A stretch of DNA of 64,000 nt from Tubiluchus corallicola (lineage: Eukaryota; Animalia; Priapulida): assembly GCA_030141605.1 (NCBI GenBank), contig JAQGDQ010000016.1, positions 62,001-126,000 of the forward strand, read 5' to 3'. A program made the translations under genes and the position numbers. The stretch's first letter is position 1; each line of letters begins with the position of its first letter. The notes beneath the pieces are model-generated. The model had not been told where the DNA came from. It was given only the letters and a program-made list of their open reading frames with translations, and ran no database searches. Positions 1-15,600 of this stretch are shown piece by piece.

Positions 1-30
1 TTAAAACGATTGTGATTATTGTTCAAAGTA

Positions 31-376
31 TGGAGCCCTGGTAGAGCCACGTTGAGAAAAATTATTAACTTGGGGCTACGAATTACTAATCATCGTGCAT
101 AAAATACTAATTCGTGACCACAAATTATTAATCCGTGGGCACAAAATACTAATTCATGGCAACGAATTATTAATCAGCGTGCACAAAATTCTAAGCTGTG
201 GCAAGGAATTATTAGCCCGTGTGCACAAAATACTAATTAATTCTTGGCCACGAATTACTAATCCGTGCATACGAAATACAATTTCATGGACATAAATTAT
301 TAATCCGTATGCACGAGATACTAACTTGTGGCCGCGAGTTAGTAAGTTTTCTAAACGTGGCCCTTCGAGGGGTCCA
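31..376. mobile_element. MITE-like element with ~30-bp terminal inverted repeats and an internal ~21-bp tandem array
   Basis: TGGAGCCCTGGTAGAGCCACGTTGAGAAAA versus TTTTCTAAACGTGGCCCTTCGAGGGGTCCA; the interior repeats AAAATACTAATTCGTGGCCAC-like units. Confidence 0.7.
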
Positions 377-590
377 CATCAAAGTGAATGGATGTCTCAA
401 AGATTCACTATGCGTTCAAGCAAGTTCGTGCATGCATTGTTAATAGCCTTTTGACCGTACCGCCATTGTTATGGCGACGAAACTAATGTAGAACGAAAGC
501 CCAAAACCATGGCGCGGGCATGCTTTTTGCTATAGGCCTACGTAAAAGTCATTAATGATACATTAACTCAGGAATAACCAAAGGCGAAAC

Positions 591-819
591 CTTTTCTGAT
601 GAAGTGCGATACATTCAAATCAACGTTAATTTCGTATGGATCTACAGAAGATTTCCCATCAGCTGGTCCAGACCAGTCGTCAACTATTGAGTCTATTTTA
701 TTGTCAATGTATTTTCTCATTGCCTCAAAGCCCGTGGCTTCTGCTACTGTAACTGCTTCCTCGTTGGTTAAATCAATATCCAGGAATTTTGCTATGCGAC
801 ACACAAACTTCTTTCTGTC
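591..819 (-). CDS. SULT-A exon 5
   Basis: TTTTGCAG acceptor; [17 protein letters not shown]...SHFIRK+G; same 229-bp length as SULT-B exon 5. Confidence 0.9.
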
Positions 820-3800
820 CTGCAAAATTTGAGTCCGTATCAGTGAAGCCACAAGTGGACATATATATAACTGAAGTTCTGACCAATAAATAAATGTTTG
901 GACAGATGGACATAGTAGAAAGAAATACTGTTTAACACTAGAAGGACTAGAATAGTTTACTACCTACAAGGACCTTATGCATAAATCATAAGTTATTTAT
1001 TTCACATAACACGTTTACAATAATTTTGTGTACAAAATGTAGGGAAATCGCATACAATGAACATAATACAATAACTTTCTACTGTTTCTAAACAAGAAAC
1101 GCCTCACGCTATGTTTGTCTATATAATATAAATGTAAATTCGTTGCGGGCAATCAAAAAGCAGGGCTTGTTAGATTGTTTCACCTTGTGAAAGTAAAAAA
1201 AGTGAAAATAAACTGAAAATTATTAGAAGAATCGTGTGATAAAGAAAAACATTTAGTCCATCAGAGTGGAACATGCCATGAATGAATGAATAAAGCAATC
1301 ATGGTTTTCATTCTTATACAAAAATAAATCGAGTAGCCTAATTATCAGTCGGATTTTATTGAAATTCAATGACACATCGAAAAATTGATTAATTTCATAA
1401 AAAATTGGATACATATAGTACAAGCATAATGACTCATCTATGGCAGACTTCGTACGACACCTGATGGCCTGACTGAGAACTCACAGTCAAGAAATCTTTT
1501 AGCTTGTAAGTCGTAATAAGACGTCGGAATGAGTTTGCTGATTTACATTCACACTTACTATAATTGTGATGTCAGTGCATTGTGAGAATTTACACTATAC
1601 AGTATGTATTCAATACATTACTATATTTTACAATGTACAGTATGTATTCAATGTACATTGAGATAATTTACATGTACAGTTATGTATTGACATAAATTGA
1701 TGCAAACGGTCATTCTGACGACTAGCCTATTTTTAACAAGGTTAAAATAACATTTCAGTCCTGAAATTCTGTACAATAGTAGTTGTCACTAAGCTAGGAA
1801 AAGTAATAAACAATAGGAACAAGTCTTCCAGAGATTCCATAGATATGTACAAAATAGAAAAAGTGCATTAATTGAGGCGTCCAGTCCTTCCAGTGTATAT
1901 ACTTTACATTTCAAATATCTTTATTGCAATTGTTTAATAATAAAAATTAGTTACCCTCACAACATCTTCATATTTGATAAACAGGATATTTTTGTCCTCT
2001 CTACGTTTCCACCATTTAGAAAGATGATCAAACCAGTTTCCAAATCCAACTGTCAAGAACTTTGTATTAAATGAACAACAAACAATTCTATCACATAAAC
2101 AAAATAGTGCACCTAGAGCCTTTAGCGAAAGTACTTTATTTTTTACATATAAAAACGTTGAATGCCCTTTATAGTCTCACAATGATATTTATTTCAGGAG
2201 CTTCCGTGCTAGCGGGCCTCATCTGCTGAATAGACTGCGCTGTTAACCTGAGAGTGTTCGCGAGTGTTAACTTTAGTGTGCTGATAACCAACTCAGGTTA
2301 CCAGCACTCAATATTCAGTTCATGAAGCCCGTTAAGGAGAAAGCTCCTGAAATATATAAAATCACTGTGAGACTATAAAGGGCATTCAACGTTTTTTATA
2401 AGGTGAAAATGGAATGTCTCGGGAAAGCTCTCTCGCATTTTAATTTTTGTTTCATCCCTACCAGTGGTGGCCATGTATAGTAAAATGGTTGGCACTGGTT
2501 GTGTGTTTGGCTGCAACCCGTTAATATGATATTGTGGTACCTGTTTGGTCGGTCTGCCGTGTTGCAGGGTAACGGATCACCAGTCAATTAAGGGACCACA
2601 GTTCAATTAAAAACCAGACAAAGGACCACGGTCAAGGGACTACTAGACAAAGGACCACCTGTCAAGAAACCACAACGGACCACCAGGCAAAGAACCACTA
2701 GGCAAAGGATAACCAGTCAAAGGTTCACCTGAAAGGGCAAAGAACCACCAGTTAAAAGACCACCAAATAAAAGTTGGCAGTCCAGGCAAATGTCAACCGA
2801 AAAATCGTGTGAGATGCATTGTATTTTGTCTTGATATATTTATATTAGTAATTAGCAGAGGTTAAACTGCAAAGTTATGCATTATGTGTTTTTCAATATC
2901 CTTCAATTCACTTGGCCAACGCATCGCTTTTATGAATCAAATAATTTGATGCATAAAATTAATAATTCGTGCTACGAATAAAAATAAATAAAAATTTTAG
3001 AAAATTAAAAACAAAATAAATTTAAAAACTTTTAAGATTTTAATAGGAAGTTTAGCATTATTAGGTTAAACAAAACAGTTTGGAAATACATTGTATCTTG
3101 ACGAGAATGTTGTGACCCGTAAGAATCTTTAACTGACCCTTCTTTGCCAATTAACAATAGACAAAAAGCACCAGTCTTTTGGAGCCAAGGTGTTAGATCA
3201 GCAGTAAATAAATCGCATCCACAGGCGTAGTGCAAGAATGGCACAAGGCCTATTTGGATATGTTTTGGGATGGCCACCTGCATGAAGTTTTGATTGCAAT
3301 GGTGCGGGCACATTATTTCGGAACCTGTCACTGATAAACGCGAAGATGGGTCTTTTTTTATATTGAAAAATCACGAAAGCTTAATCCTCAAGCCTTTTCG
3401 CTAAAACTTTTTAATAGGTAGAGTAGTTTTTTATCTGAGAGTCTTGTGTATTTATTAGTTTTTTATCTATAAATTATGTGTACAGCTGAGTATTTAAAAT
3501 TTTCTTACAAAACTATGTACTTTTAATGTAGGAAATAAATTTTAAGTAAAAATAAAATAAAAAAGTATAGGCGATTTTTTACCAATCATTAATTTTATCA
3601 CCAAGTTATCAGTTACACTTTTTTAAGGAAGCCAAAGTTGCATTCACGTTGCTGTCAGAACATTGACTGGTGGTCCTTTGTCCACCTGTCTAACTCGTGA
3701 TCCTTTGTCAACTTTCAAAGTGGTAAAGGTAGTCCTTCGCTTGTTGTGGTCTCGGGATCGGTGGTCCATTGTCCGGTAGTCCTTTGACATCTCGAATCGG

Positions 3801-6224
3801 CAAAGTCAGTGACTATGTCTATGTCTAATTACACCATGCAAAGCTCCCACTGAAGTCTCTAGACTCCAGTAATGCCAAATCATCATAAATTTCGTTACCA
3901 TCATTGCTTAGAAAGCACGGAAGAAACTGATTAAAGCTCCAGTCTTTCACAATTTGTCCCATCCATCGCCAAGCACGATGAAAATGGTAATAGGAAACGG
4001 CCACGTCTTTTGGATTCCTCATCACATAAATTATCTGTAAAATACAACACAATTTAATATTTATTCTATTTATAATTTTAGTTCTAATGTTAATTGTCTA
4101 CTATCGTATTTTAAGATGATATGCTCGACCAAATTGATGATGATGATGATGATGATGATGATGTTGTTATTGTTGTTGATGATGATGATGATGATGGTGG
4201 TGTTGATGGTGATGATGATGGTGAATCTTTTATTGAATGATGATGAAACAAAATATAATACAATGATATACAGAGAGTTCAAACATTTGACAAAACATTG
4301 GTCTTCCCACATTGGAAAGTTATAAAGTGTGTTTTAATATGGACCTTAAGTCTGAAATAAATGTGTGAAATGCATTTTGTTACAGAAGCTTAGTTGCAGA
4401 ATTTAATATTCTGATGTTCATTTTGTCAACAACAAATTTTTGTCAGTCAAATGTCAAGATATTGACTACTATGGAGTCAGGGATTCAACTCAGTTCCAGA
4501 ATAGTAAGTATATATTTATAAATGCCACCTGCAATTTTGTATGTACTTGTACCTTTAACATTAAAGCAATTGTGCTAGATTAAAATAATTTTAAAATAAT
4601 TAGAATAATTAAATTATTATAAATTATGTTCAACCTCATCATGTAATCAATAAGCGCACTCACTTGCCTGTAATTAAATCCGCATTCTGTAGCACTTAAG
4701 CTCACAGTATATGTAAGAGACATTTCCTGTGTACCTCCAGCAGCCTTATAGGCGAATGACGTATATTAATACAATAGGGGTTTGCAGTGATTGGCCTAAC
4801 TCTCTACCCAAATAGCTGCTTGTCAGAACCGTAGAAGCTCGTTGCTAGGCTTTCATGTCAGCAGAGGTTTTTCCAAGTCAGCAGTAGCCCATTGCTAGGG
4901 AAAGTTATTTGTAATTGTAAGATGATGGCTAAGATTAGTGTACTGTACCTAAATTTAGTAACAGGAAATTGTATGTAAGCAGCTGCTGCTGCAGCAACTG
5001 TCACTGTTAGATTTGGATTCCACAAAATGCTAACACAACACAAGCTGTTTCATCTGCATCTTCATCTTTATGTCTCAAAACCTTTTTTAACAGCCCAAGA
5101 GATGTCGCCACTCATGTAAGATCATTTACAGTAGCACCCATTCCATCAATTCTTCTTTGCTGACTGTCGTCTTTTTTCAAAGTTTTACCCAGGGAAATTC
5201 CTCTTCCTTTATACCATTACAAAACAAAAGCCCAGCTGATCTTTCGTGCTCATTTACCATTTCCCAATGTATGTCATTCCTTTCAAGTTTCAACATTTCA
5301 CGATCAGTAAAATAGTTCGGTTAGTGTTTGTTTATTCTTGTGGTTAAAGCTGCTTGCTGATTATTGTTGTTGTTTACAGCGTGGTGCGTGAGAAGCCACG
5401 ACGGGCATGGCAAACTATCAAAACTTAGAGCAACACATTCATTAAATATCAAACACAACACTAAATATACTAAATATAAGAAGATAGTAATGCCAGCCCT
5501 CCGTCTTCAAGTCAGTTCCTCATCCCTCTCGAGGTGCGGGCCCTCAAACACTTTTGACTAACTCTCTAATGCGCCGTGAGCTTCTGCGCATGAGGGTTTC
5601 ATCATCATGAGTTAACCAGTCGAAGGTCGGTTGGTCACGTGATGCCACACCTAACTAGGCTTCTTGTCAAGCATTTGATCTTGAGTTATTAAGTTAAATA
5701 ATTTAATCGCCAATTTCATCAAAATCATTATTTCAGACAGCTTTCCTTTACACCATCATACAGTAGAACATGGTCTAACGTTTCCATAACTTTTTACATA
5801 AACATTCTCATATCAATTTTCAATTAAACAGAGGAGTATCATTCAATTCAAGTACACCTACGCTTGCTTCTACTATTAATTCCGCCGCCACACACCCGCC
5901 ACCCATTCAATCTTCATACATTCTCATATCTTTATACCTTCCGTGTCTCTGCTATGTGATTTGGCATCCTCGTAGAGCACGCTGTATTATTCTGAACTGT
6001 ACTCCTTACCTGCTCTGGGCTTTTGCAAAATAATCAGTGTTAAGAATGGCCACATTAAAGTTATGTGAAAAGAATTGAAAGTTTGAGGATTTTGAAGTCA
6101 AGATACAGCAGAGATACTTCTTTCTTGGATTAATAGGTAAAAAAGCTTTTTACAATAGAAGTTAAAATCTATGGTAAAATGGATTGGACAGACAGACAGA
6201 CAGACAGACAAAAAGACAAACAGA

Positions 6225-6256
<32 letters not shown>

Positions 6257-6339
6257 GCAGACAGACAGACAGACAGATAGACAGACTGACTGACCGACCA
6301 ACAGACAGACAGATCAACAGACAGACAGACAGACAGACA

Positions 6340-6376
<37 letters not shown>

Positions 6377-6458
6377 ACAGACAGACAGACAGATAGACAG
6401 ACTGACTGACCGACCAACAGACAGACAGATCAACAGATAGACAGACAGACAGACAGAC

Positions 6459-6529
<71 letters not shown>

Positions 6530-6608
6530 AAGAAAGAAAGACAGACAGACAGACAGATAGACAGACAGATAGACAGACTGACCGACTGACCAACAGACAG
6601 ACAGATCA

Positions 6609-6673
<65 letters not shown>

Positions 6674-9600
6674 TAGACGGACGGACAGACAGACAGACAG
6701 ATAGATAGACAAACAAACAGACAGAGACACAGAAACAGACAGACAGATAGACATTTTTAATAAATTTGCTAAAGAATATGATATCCTTGTAAATGTGAAT
6801 AAGACTAAACTTGTCACGTTTCGCACTGCCCACATGCAGCAGTTTACTTTTGGGTCTGTTGTTTTCCAGTGTAAAAGTTTTGTACCTGGTAAAATGGAAA
6901 AATATCTGGGTCATATTTTATCAGATGATAATAGTGATGATTTAAATATATTACGACAATGTTCAATTTACTATGGTAGAGCAAATAAATTACTCATGAC
7001 ATTTACTCACCGTTCAGTTAACGTGAAGAGACAATTGTTTAATGCTTACTGCACTACTTTTATTGTATGTCCACTTGGAGACATTTTTATTCTTACAATC
7101 TTAGCAAACTCAAGATTGCATATAATGTATCAACACGGAAGCTGTTTAACTTTTCATATGATACGAGCGCTAGATATATTTCTACTAGACTTAATATTAT
7201 TTATTTTGATATTATTCACAGAAAATTTGAACACAATTTACACGTCAGGCTGAATAAGAGTGAAAATTTTATATGCAAGAACATTTTAAACAGTGATGTA
7301 AACTTTACTTCTGTAATTAGACGTCATTGGCGTAGTTTGTTATATCGTTAATTGTTATTTGTGTTATTGTCTTGTGTCATGATTTATTGTATTATTTGTA
7401 TTAATTTGTGATGTGTATATGAACTTTGTGAAGTTTGAAATAAAATATTAAATCTAAAAAAATACACAGATAGAGACAGACAGACCGACCGACAGACTGA
7501 CTGACTGACAGACAGACAGACCAACAGACAGACAGACAGACACACAAGATTTCGTCGCTGTTTTGACAAAATTAAGTACGTGTGTATAATAATGAGTAAT
7601 AAATATGGCCGACACCAGATGCAAAGCATGATTGGAAAACGTTGCAGCATAACATGGTGCATCCACGCTTGATTAGTTGTGTCACAGTAATATTACGCGT
7701 AGAAAATACCTTTGTAGTTTCTGTTGTAATATTAATATGAAAACATTAAACTGCTGTATCATACCAGAGCTTGTACAGCTGTGTATGTTGCTTTTAAATA
7801 TCTACTAAAGAATAAGCAAATTATATCATTATTTCAACACAAAATGTATTTCAAATTGTTTTTCGGCTGACATTTGAGTGGTCTGCTAATCTTTATTTTG
7901 ATAGTCCATTTTTGTGGTTCTTTGTTGGTGGTGGTCTTTTGATCGGTGGTCCTTTCTCCGGGGGTCCTTTCACTAACTGTCTTTTGACCTACACCCAGAT
8001 TGAAAGGGGTTTAGCTAAGTGGTAATGCCAGACGACAGAGTAACCCTAGCCTTGTACGTACACGGTACATTTTGCTTTGTGTTGAAATAATTATATTATT
8101 TGCCAATTCTATTACGCATGATTAAAAGAGGTTCTTACCTGCTTTAAAGTTATAAGTTACCTCATCTAAATGTTTAACACTTCACACCTGAGAATAAGAA
8201 ATAGTAACACTACGACATTACGAGTGCACAAACCAGCCAGAAGAAATGAAAGAAATTAACAATCATTCATCGCGTTTATTGAATCTTCAAAGTAATTGAA
8301 CCGAATATAATGTAGCCGAAATCATATCATTTGCAGCAGGCAAGCACGTACACATAAGCGGCTTAACTAAAATATAATTATTGTAGCAGTAAGAAAGAAG
8401 AATATTGAATTACATCGTTCACTGCCCAGATTATGATTAAAGAACAATGCAACGGTTGATTGGCCGGTGCTAATGTATAAAAGTGAAATGCACAGGTTTA
8501 ATTAGAATATTCAAATATGTTTATTGTGTGACTCTCGGTTGAATTTCAATACTTGCTATTTACTTCTACTTTCGAATACTTCTTCAAACGTTAATGAATT
8601 TGGTTGGAAGCTGATGGAAACTTAGTGGTAAGTGTATTGATTCGAAGCATATGTTTTCGTTTATTTTTACGTATCTTACGTCTTACGTATTTTTACTAAG
8701 CCTTGTAAGACGTGCTCGTAAGAGAAAAAGGCAAAAATTTTGAAATTCGATGAAAAAATAGGAATTTACATCGTATAATTTAATACCGATCTTTGTTGGT
8801 TCATTCAGAGTCGGATCTACAGGGGCATCGAGGGTAGTTGCCTCGGGCCCCAGAGCTAAGGATTTTCTTTATAAAAAGGTGTCACTACAATTACAAAACA
8901 CTACAACGATTGATTTCAGCATGAGCTGTGCTAATGTCAGGAATTTACGTCATGTAAGTTAATATGAAACTTTGCTGGTTCATTCAGAGTCTAATTGGGC
9001 TCCCGAGCTAAAAACGTTCTTTATAATTATCATAAAATTGGTTTTATTATTAAAAATAATTAAGAAAGTACGTGGGAGTACCACAAAATGGAAAAACGGT
9101 CTTATCATGTTTAGATAAACACTATGGCTTATATTACAAACTGAAAATTTGCAGTCAAAGTTAAAATTCAGTTAATAAATTTGAGGAAAATAAAATCGGA
9201 AGATTTCATCTCTTGCTAACGTAAACATTTTTTTTCGAAGAAATGAGGTTTTTTATTCATTTTAGATCATTTTTTAATTGTCATGTAATTTAATTTTTAC
9301 TTTGATGGACCCCCGAGCTCAAACTTCCTGGGGCCCCCAATGTCTAAATCCTGACCTAAGTTCATACTAACCTAAATTCAATTCAAATTTTTATTCCTGT
9401 AAATAAGATCATGTAAAATACAAATCCAATACTAAAATGAAACAAAACACAGTGAAATAAAAAATTACAAGATTAAAATGTAAATACCAGGGTTAGTAAA
9501 TTAAAAGCTAAATAAATTTTAGAAAATAATTAATATAATATTACATTTCGCCAAAAAAGCAAAAAAATTAAATAATGTGTAGTATTGATGGACTGTAATT

Positions 9601-12600
9601 TTGTAAAAATTCGATTATTATTTTATTGTTGTTCGTTGTTGTTGTTGTTTGTTTATGGTGTTGTTGTTATTGCTTCTGTTGTTGTTGTTGTTGTTGTTGT
9701 GTTGATGTTGTTGTTGTTTGTTTATGTTGTTGTTGTTGTTGCTGCTGCTGCTGGTGTTGTTGTTGTTGTTTTTGTTGCCGTTGCTATTGTCGTTGTTGTT
9801 GTTTGTTTATGTTGTTGTTGTGTTGGTGTTTGTTTATATTGTGGTTTTTGCTGCTGCTACTGTCGCCGTTGTTGTTGTTGTTATTATTATCACATTGCAT
9901 TTTACTCCATCGAAACAGTAATGGTAAGGAGTTTCTATAAAATCACCGTTGCTACGTTTACTAACAAATTTCTAATCAAAAGGTCTGTTTCCGAATGAAG
10001 ATAATGTAATTCACGTGTTACTAAGTATATCCTTAGCTCAATCATTATTGTATCAATAATCGATTTGATTCATTATGATTGTGTTGCATCTTAATTATTA
10101 TTGCTTACTTTATTGCAGAGCTTTCAAGATAAATTCTATGCGAACCACCATGAATTTTTCAATTTTGGCCTCTGTCCTTCTAGCAGGTAATAAAATGACA
10201 GAGCAGATCAAAAATGTGTTGAGAACTTGCCCAGCTAAGTGAGTTTAGAGTTATCAGACTGAATACGTTATTTATTTATTTATTTACTTATTTATTTGAT
10301 AATTTGTTTGTTTTTATACTTGTTTATATATATATGTTTGTTTATTCGTTTATTTATTTGCTTAGTCATTATTTATTTATTTATGTATTTGATTGTTTGT
10401 TTATTTATTTATTTATATAAAATGACTTTATATATTTGGATGTTACAAAGTCAGGGTGTGCTGTATAGATAGTAGTATCATCGGCATATTGTGTTAAGTC
10501 TGAATTATGTAAAACTAAATGAATTTTACTAACATATAAACAAAAGAGTAAAGGACCTAATGTCGTACCTTGCGGGATGCCTCTCTGTTATGTGTCCCAT
10601 GTTGAAAAAGTGTGTTTGTTCAGCTTGACTCTTTGTTTTCTACTGTGTAGGTAAATATTAATTAGTTTGAGAGAAGTATAATCGAATCGTAGTTGGCGTA
10701 AGTTGTCTAGTAGTAAATTGTGATCGAGGCTGTCAAAAGCTTTACTTAGATCTAAAAATGCTGCTGTTATATAATTATTTTTATTTAAGTTGCAACACCA
10801 CTTTTCAGTGTCATCAATTATTGCGAATGTAGTTTTCCAAATCCGAATTGATGATTTGACAGTAACTTGTTATTTTCAATGTAATGATTTATTTGGTTGT
10901 AGATAACTCTTACAAATACTTTGGCTAGTACGTGCACTACTCAAATTGGTCTGTAGTTTTTAGCGTCAACTTTAGCATATTTCTTGTGTATTGGAGTTAC
11001 GAAAGCTGAGGGTAAGTACATGGCTGTGACAGAGCTGAGGGTACGTACAATGCTGTAACAGGCTGTGGGTATGAGGGTATGTACAATGATGTCGTGATAG
11101 GGCTGAAGGTACGTACATTGCTGTGACAGGGCCGAGGGTATGTACAATGACGTCGTGATAGGGCTGAGGGTACGTACAATGCTGTGACAGGGCTGATGGT
11201 ATGTAAAATGATGTCGTGATAGGGCTGAGGGTACGTATAATGCTGTGACAGGGCTGAGGGTGTGTACAATGATGTCGTGATAGGGCTGAGGGTACGTGCA
11301 ATGCTGTGACAGGGCTGAGGGTATGTACAATGATGTCATGATAGGGCTGAGGGTACGTGCAATGCTGTGACAGGGCTGAGGGTATGTACAATGATGTCAT
11401 GATAGAGCTGATGGTACGTACAATGCTGTGACAGGGCTGAGGGTATGAGGGTACATTGATGTTGTGATGAACTTTTCCTTATGAGCGATGCTGATAAATT
11501 TTACTCTCCCATGGGAAGCAGTGATTTGGAAGTAATTAAGGAATTTATTGATTATGTTTAAAAAGCGTTTTCACGACACGATGAACAATACACGATGTAA
11601 TGATCATATCATTGAAAGTAAAGCCTGCTTAGTGACAATCTATTTTAAATGCTGATCATTAAACTCTTCATTTAAATAAGTAAATTAGTTAACAGGAGCG
11701 ATTTAATAATATTTGTCTTATCAGTAATTGTATGTATGTATGTATGTATGTATGTATGTATGTATGTATGTATGTATGTATGTATGTATGTATGTATGTA
11801 TGTATGTATGTATGTATGTATGTATGTATGTATGTATGTATGTATGTACGTATGTATGTATGTTTATTTGGTTGTAGATAACTCTTTCAAATACTTTGGC
11901 TAGTACATGCACTACTGAAATTGGTCTGTAGTTTTTAGCGTCATTCTTGTGTATTGGAGTTATGTTTGCTTGTTTACACACTGCTGGAAATTCTGAGCGC
12001 ATATATCACTTGGTTTGTGATATATGTTAGATGGGGAGTAATGGTGCTGGCACAGTCTTTTAAGATTTTTATTGGCATGTCTGAGGGTCCACTTCCTTTG
12101 CTTATATTTAAATTGTTTAATGCAGGGGTGTGCAAACTGTGGCCCGCGGGCCACTTGCGGCCCGCCGAGAGATCTTGTGCGGCCCGCAAAGAGGTTTGCC
12201 AACGTAAGGAAAGTGCGGCCCACGCGATCTAGCTGAAGTCTGCGCCAATATCGCAAAGATAGTGCGGGTAGTTTTTTCCTCTAAATCGGATGGCATTAAC
12301 CCTTACAAGACCGTTGTCACTTAATGTCACTGTCGGACATGACGAAATATTTGGTTTTTAATATAAATTTTAATAATTTCTAAAATAGTTTTTTGAGTGT
12401 AGTATGCAGTAGTAATGATGTGACAGATCAGATGCAGAAAAATCGTTATTAGGTCCTTCTGTACTTGGCTCCTTGACCAAACTGCATGTGGCCCACAGGA
12501 ATTGCGGGAATGTTTAATGTGGCCCGGCTAGTCAGATAATTTGCACACCCCTGGTTTAATGTTCTAAAGATGTTGCATTCGGTGGTGCTAGTAAATGAGA

Positions 12601-15600
12601 AAGTGGATTGTGTTACTGATTGGTTTTTGTACATATTTGTGTATATTTTGTATATTTGCATTATGGTGGCGTGGCAAGTTGTCAAATTTTCCGAGATTGA
12701 TAAATGTGGAATTTAATTTGTTAGCAATGTCAACTGAATCAGATATGATAATGTCATTTTCTCGTAAACTGTTTATTTGTAATTGATCGTTTCTGTATCT
12801 GTCAAGTACGTCATTTTTGTTTAGGCGTAGTTGCAACATTGCATTTTTCATTAGTTTAATATTTATTTTTGAATTTCCTATTGTAGTTATTAAATTTAGT
12901 TCGCGTCTTTTTGTAATTATTGTAATTTCGTTTTGTGTGGCAGCCATTTTGAGAAAGGTGGGCATTTTTGAAATAAAAGTAACATAAATGGATTTCTTAT
13001 ATCCAGCCACCCTGGCATAGTTGTCATAATCGCGTTACTGCCACACTAAACTTTGACAGCATGATAGGTTTCTTTGATGTAATAATTTACCCCCTAGCAA
13101 AAGGTTATCCTGTATAATTATTGTCTTAGGCCTACACGTGTTTGTTTTATGCAATGGGCCTATAATAATGTCCATAAAACAGAGAATTACTGATTTAAAA
13201 CTGCAAATTAAAAAGAAACTTTCAGGCTACAATTATAAAGTTAATATTGAGCTATTGATGTCAAAATACAGCATTTTTTATTACGTTACGAAAAGATCAT
13301 CATATGTTTGGGCATTAAAAATTTACCATTTATAATTAAAATTGTCAACAATGAGCTAAAATTCGCCTTATATTAGTGCTTAGGAAGTACAAATTTAGTA
13401 CCATTTCGTTATTCGAATAACTTTGTGAAAATCAGTCCTCCATTGGTTGCCATGTTTAATCTAACAGGGTTGCCATATTTAATGGCGCAACTACTTCCGG
13501 AAGACGTAGAGCTCGTTCTAAATGAGCATAATGAATACAGAAGAGATCTTCCCAATGTTGCAGACGATGAAAAACCAGCTGCTAATATGTTAAAAATGGT
13601 AAGTGTATAAAAAATCTCTAGTCTTTTTAGTCAGAATGTGTGTACATGACTTGTCTGTTGAATTACAATTAGATGTTTTTCATTCTGTATTCCGTACGCC
13701 TAATATTCATTATACCTGTTTCATCATCATGTCATCATACGCCCGTCACGTCTATTGTAGACATTGGGCAGGCAGAATTCTAAAATAAAAGAAAGCTGCC
13801 TTCAGACAGGTAAACACAGCAGTAATCCAGCAAAAAAAAACTAGACACTGCTACGCCAGTAGCTTGTCACCACCACTTCCGTTTCATCATGCACTATTAT
13901 CCTTTCAGACAATCGCGTGCTACTATAAACAATATGTGTCGCCACCTACAGGTGGTACAATACCACTGCAAAACCCCTAGTTTGAATATGTATAATAATT
14001 TAATAAGTAACATATGCCTGTTTGTTAGTTTAAACATAATTTATTTAGGATTAGATCAGACAGTTTGAACAACATGCCTGTTTGTTTAATTTCGTTGTTA
14101 CCTTTTGTAGAGATGGAACACAGAAGCTGCAGATTTTGCACAGCAACATGTTGACAAATGCGTGTTCGAGCCCAGCACTCCTGAAGAAAGGATGAACATA
14201 TCATGTGCGTACTTTAATGACTTATTACCTGTTTACTTTCGCAAGCACTTACTACATTTCTTACTGATCCTGTAATTACAAGCTTTGCTTGCGATGTTCG
14301 CGAATCTCATTTAAAACAGCTGCCGAAATATTTTGAGACGGCAAACTCATTTAAGTTGAACTAATAACTCAGACGATTTACACTAATGTGCAAAGACATT
14401 TAATTTGCTGATATACCTCATTTCTTGAAAAGCTTTTGACTTAATTATGTTTCTATTGTGTATGTGCTAGTTGAATGCGTCCACAATTAATTTTGTTAAT
14501 GAAAGAATACAGACGGTTCTTAATTTAAACGGCGAACATCACCAAAATTAAGTTGAGCTTGAATAACTCGCGATTATATTGCGAATACAAATTCTTTTTT
14601 CATTTTTCACAATAGATTAATGTTTAACAATCATTGGCAAAAGTTCGAATAAAATTCTACACAAAACGAACATTTGACTAGGCCGCCATTGAGCATGTAT
14701 CTGCGCCTGCGCCTCTGGTGGCGAAATTGCCGTACTGCAGATGAAACTTAGCAAAATGCCCAAGGGGAGAACGACTGTACGCAACACTTGTTTGAGTATT
14801 TATTTAAAAAGTTAATTTCTCATTAATGAGACAACGTACTGCTGAAAAAATTTCGTCAAGTTTTCCGGAGAAGGCAACAATAGAATAAGTTTAAGTTGAT
14901 TTTCATGATATTCCCCCTTTAATGGATACTACCTTAAAAAAGAAAATTAAATATTACTTTTTTTTAACTTTTGAAAAATTGAAGTTCCGTTTTTGCTTCT
15001 TTTGTTGTTACTGATAATTTGGCTGCATACACAGTAGGTTGCCATTGTCTACTTATTACATATCTAAAAAGTCAGTAAAAATGACTTAACCCATGCCAAA
15101 GTTCACAAGTCAAAGCACAAGAAAATCCTCCACTTACATAAAGCTTAAAAATTTTGTCTCGAAATTTTATAACACTTACATACGACCTTTTCGTATGCAT
15201 GGCTTGCATCGGCTGTAACGCCATATAAAACTTGTAAATTTAAACTCCCGCGATGACCGTTAGGCGCAGCCATTTTAATCGCAGGGCGTTTGAAACAAGT
15301 TTTGATAACATTAAGTACAATTTGAAAAAATAATTAGAGCATTCGTAGCATACATGTAGCTAATTAAGTAAAATTTTAAATTACTGTATTTTGTCAATAA
15401 GATGAAAAATACGTTTTTTTGGTTAGTGAGTGGTGTACCCTGGAGGTGCGACAACTACATTTTACCTACTGGTGAAAACACTTTAAATCATTAATAATTT
15501 TCTTTTCTAGTTACCTAGGTCTTTCAGGCACGTAAGCGAAATGTAAAGTAATATAACTTTGCACGGAAAGTTTAATAGGACATAATTTAACATTTCCTTC

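Noticed and set aside
6098-6914. Long ORFs such as (LSVC)n, (TDRQ)n, poly-Y, (YI)n, (ER)n, poly-M/V/C throughout the window
   Set aside because: They are translations of microsatellites or minisatellites with no splice or domain support.
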